Source of the DNA: a virus
Taxonomy: Duplodnaviria > Caudoviricetes
DNA length: 57,674 nt
IMG/VR virus record: IMGVR_UViG_3300020733_000019
Span: 1 to 57,674 of that record
Direction: 5' to 3' (one strand)
The position numbers and the translations under genes were made by a program. Below the pieces are notes generated by a model. The model was not told where the DNA came from. It was given only the letters and a program-made list of their open reading frames with translations, and did not search any database. How positions within the stretch are numbered: position 1 is the stretch's first letter; each line of letters opens with the position of its first letter. Shown here in pieces: positions 55,574 to 57,674 of the stretch.

Positions 55574-57007
55574 TTATAGTAAAATACTTAGCAGTACTGC
55601 TCTGTTTCTACTTATTAATTCATCTGGTGTTGTACTTGCAGAATTTACAAAGTATATACCAGTTTTTCCCGGACCATATGTAACAGTTCCTGATCCGCCA
55701 GTTGTGCCATATGAATATATTTTAGTTGCTCCGCCTGTTGCAGATGCACTCGATGTTTGATTGTCTAACTGAGTGTACGCATTAATTTCTACTGCACCTG
55801 AACTTGATGTTAATTTTAAATTAGTTGAACCACCGGAAATGTCATTAATAGTATCACCGTAGATACGAACACTACCTACTGTTAAACTTCCGTTGGCACT
55901 AGTAGTAGTTCCACTAGAAGTAGTTCCTGTTACTGCGGCAAAATATCCAATTGGATTAGTGATAACTGGATTGTTAACATTAAATTGTAATTGTCCAGTA
56001 GCAGGTGTTGTACCACTAGCTGTTATGCTGGCAAATATACCAACTGTAAATGTTAAACCAGTAGTTGTTCCTGCGGTAGTAGTTATTGCTACACTACCTA
56101 AAGTTTGTAGTGTGAATGTACTGTATCCGTTAGTAGCTGAAATTTTATATGTAGTTGGATTTGAATATCCAGTAATAGATCCAGTTCCAGATCCAGTTCC
56201 ACTAACTGTAATTTGCATGCCGACAAATAAAATTGTACTGCTACATGAAAACTGTCCGGCTATTCCAGTAATTAGTACGTTTGAAATTGTTGAACTATTT
56301 GGATATTGTACTGTGTTCACAATAGCTTGTCCAATACCTGATCCTGCATAGGTACTAGCAACATAGTTATTTAAATATTGAATATTTGGTATATGCCAAG
56401 TACTTAAACCTAGATTTGCATATGATTGTGCGCTAGTTGCCAGTGTATTAGTTGCACCGTCATAAACTGCGCCTGAGTTAACAATAGCAAGTGCATGTGA
56501 TCCGCCTTGCAGATCAAAACTTAAATCAGCATTAGTATCACTGCTAATTGTTCTTAATTGTAATGCATTTAAAACTTGTGTACCATCTGTGATACCAGTT
56601 CTTAATACAAATGTTCCTCGCCCTGTTGGAGGATTTGATGTTCCACTTTCGCCTGGAACTGATGCGTCATAAAATTTAAGATTCTCGTTGTAGATTAATT
56701 GTGCTGCCGCTGCCGCACCTCTATCAATTTGAAATCCAGCTTCGTAAGGTGAAGTTGTAATACCGTTTGCTGTGGCCGCTGAGCCAGAAGCTTTGTTGAT
56801 TTCAAAAATTATATCAGTAACTTGTGTAGTTGTTGATTCAATTTGTGTAGTAGTACCTATAACATCTAAGTTTCCATACACTGTAATTTTACCAGTTGCA
56901 CCGGCACCTCTACCTGCGGCTGTACCTGTGGTGTCAAATATAATGTTACCACCTGCTTTTACCTGTAGACTATAGTCGCCGTTACTAACTTTTACAATTT
57001 TTGACAT
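55574..57007 (-). CDS. Virion structural / fibre-associated protein
   Basis: GNL.V.GTTT.IES....V.D.I..IN...AG..IDRG fibre motif, one inserted module, C-terminal G.TGIYFVN....DELISRNRA.LLS. Confidence 0.68.
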   Translation of the reverse strand: MSKIVKVSNGDYSLQVKAGGNIIFDTTGTAAGRGAGATGKITVYGNLDVIGTTTQIESTTTQVTDIIFEINKASGSAATANGITTSPYEAGFQIDRGAAAAAQLIYNENLKFYDASVPGESGTSNPPTGRGTFVLRTGITDGTQVLNALQLRTISSDTNADLSFDLQGGSHALAIVNSGAVYDGATNTLATSAQSYANLGLSTWHIPNIQYLNNYVASTYAGSGIGQAIVNTVQYPNSSTISNVLITGIAGQFSCSSTILFVGMQITVSGTGSGTGSITGYSNPTTYKISATNGYSTFTLQTLGSVAITTTAGTTTGLTFTVGIFASITASGTTPATGQLQFNVNNPVITNPIGYFAAVTGTTSSGTTTSANGSLTVGSVRIYGDTINDISGGSTNLKLTSSSGAVEINAYTQLDNQTSSASATGGATKIYSYGTTGGSGTVTYGPGKTGIYFVNSASTTPDELISRNRAVLLSILL

Positions 57008-57028
57008 CTGTTATCCTGTAAGGTTAAT

Positions 57029-57048
57029 GGGAGGAGTTGCCTCCCCCC
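57029..57048 (-). terminator. GC-rich stem-loop with GNRA tetraloop (leaky terminator or RNA stabiliser)
   Basis: Minus strand GGGGGGAG-GCAA-CTCCTCCC (8 bp, one G-U) 10 nt after the stop; followed only by ATTAA. Confidence 0.55.
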
Positions 57049-57058
57049 AAATTAACTA

Positions 57059-57674
57059 TTAAGCGTTATCTAGTGTTACTGAAACGTTAGCGGTCGGAGT
57101 TGTTAAATTCCATTGTGCCGCTTGTCCAGTAGTCCATTGTGTACCTGAAATTGGAGTTAAGTATGCCTTACGGTTTGTTAACTTAGATACAGCATAGACA
57201 CCACCAGCACTGTCAGTAGCAATGATTGCCATCTGTCCAGCTGATAAACTGCTTTCACTAACTGCTGTTAGCTTGCACAATGTACCTGGGTATGTACCAC
57301 CTTGTTGGATAACACGGTATGTACGTGAACCTTCTTGCTTGATGATATCACAATCAGTGTACAATGTTCCACCAATGTTAGCGTTAGCAATAATCTGCTC
57401 GTAACGTCCTGTGTAGCCACTTGTTACTTGAGCAGCCAATGTAGCTGTAGCTGTAGCTGAACCAGAACTTACTGTTACAACTGGAGTATAACCAGCGATT
57501 GTAACTGAATCGCTAACTGTGTATGTAAATGTCAAACTACCAAATCCGTTACCAGCAACGATTGTCAATGCACTTGTTCCTGCAATAGCATTTGCTTGGG
57601 TTGCATATAGTGAACCGCCAGTAGTTGTTACTGTTCCACCGATGTAATATACTGTACCAACTGTTGGAACTGAT
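57059..57674 (-). CDS. Virion structural protein, 5' end outside the window
   Basis: The frame stays open upstream of the listed TTG to the window edge (SVPTVGTVYYIGGTV...). T/G/S-rich, with IIKQEGSRTYRV and V.KLTNRKA in the C-terminal domain. Confidence 0.7.
   Translation of the reverse strand, partial: SVPTVGTVYYIGGTVTTTGGSLYATQANAIAGTSALTIVAGNGFGSLTFTYTVSDSVTIAGYTPVVTVSSGSATATATLAAQVTSGYTGRYEQIIANANIGGTLYTDCDIIKQEGSRTYRVIQQGGTYPGTLCKLTAVSESSLSAGQMAIIATDSAGGVYAVSKLTNRKAYLTPISGTQWTTGQAAQWNLTTPTANVSVTLDNA

Noticed and set aside
3063-57404. Many 60-170-aa ORFs antisense or out of frame inside long genes (e.g. 3516-3854, 6393-6893, 29542-29886, 55893-56351)
   Set aside because: V/P/L/A-rich mirror translations expected from Thr/Gly/Ser codon bias; no RBS, promoter or motif support.
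1-57674. Stop-codon reassignment, introns or inteins
   Set aside because: Genes tile the window in the standard code, including 13-kb and 8.5-kb ORFs. Inserted modules lack intein C/S...HN ends and no conserved gene is broken by non-coding sequence.
1-57674. CRISPR array, tRNA or rRNA genes
   Set aside because: No regularly spaced repeats. Almost all gaps are too short, and the 151-nt gap lacks a cloverleaf or T-loop consensus.

Overview
This window is the virion-morphogenesis region of a large AT-rich, T4-related contractile-tailed phage, read in the standard genetic code. Left part (mostly minus strand): a truncated gp4-like head-completion nuclease missed by the ORF track, a tube-fold protein, tail tube, an enlarged 1163-aa tail sheath, a degenerate HNH protein, a dNMP kinase with its own sigma70-type promoter, and the gp13-like neck gene. 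A 16-kb plus-strand block (7839-23793), bounded by divergent late promoters and a palindromic terminator, carries gp14- and gp15-like genes, a NUDIX hydrolase, GroES and an array of 15 genes: 9 Fe(II)/2-oxoglutarate-type oxygenases, 3 tryptophan-halogenase-family flavoproteins and 3 paralogous hypothetical proteins. This array converges on a minus-strand fibre/adhesin region with three C1q-domain paralogues, two giant paralogous proteins (4353 and 2820 aa) and several smaller structural proteins. Most notable: (1) the late-promoter-linked oxygenase/halogenase array, a possible virion-tailoring system; (2) recurrent 60-90-aa beta modules inserted in frame, and nested inside each other, in at least five structural proteins; (3) a GC-rich multi-hairpin leader RNA at 52236-52363; (4) apparently leaderless late transcripts; (5) an RBS-occluding hairpin at the dNMP kinase promoter. 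All family assignments come from motifs recognised by eye; no database search was run.
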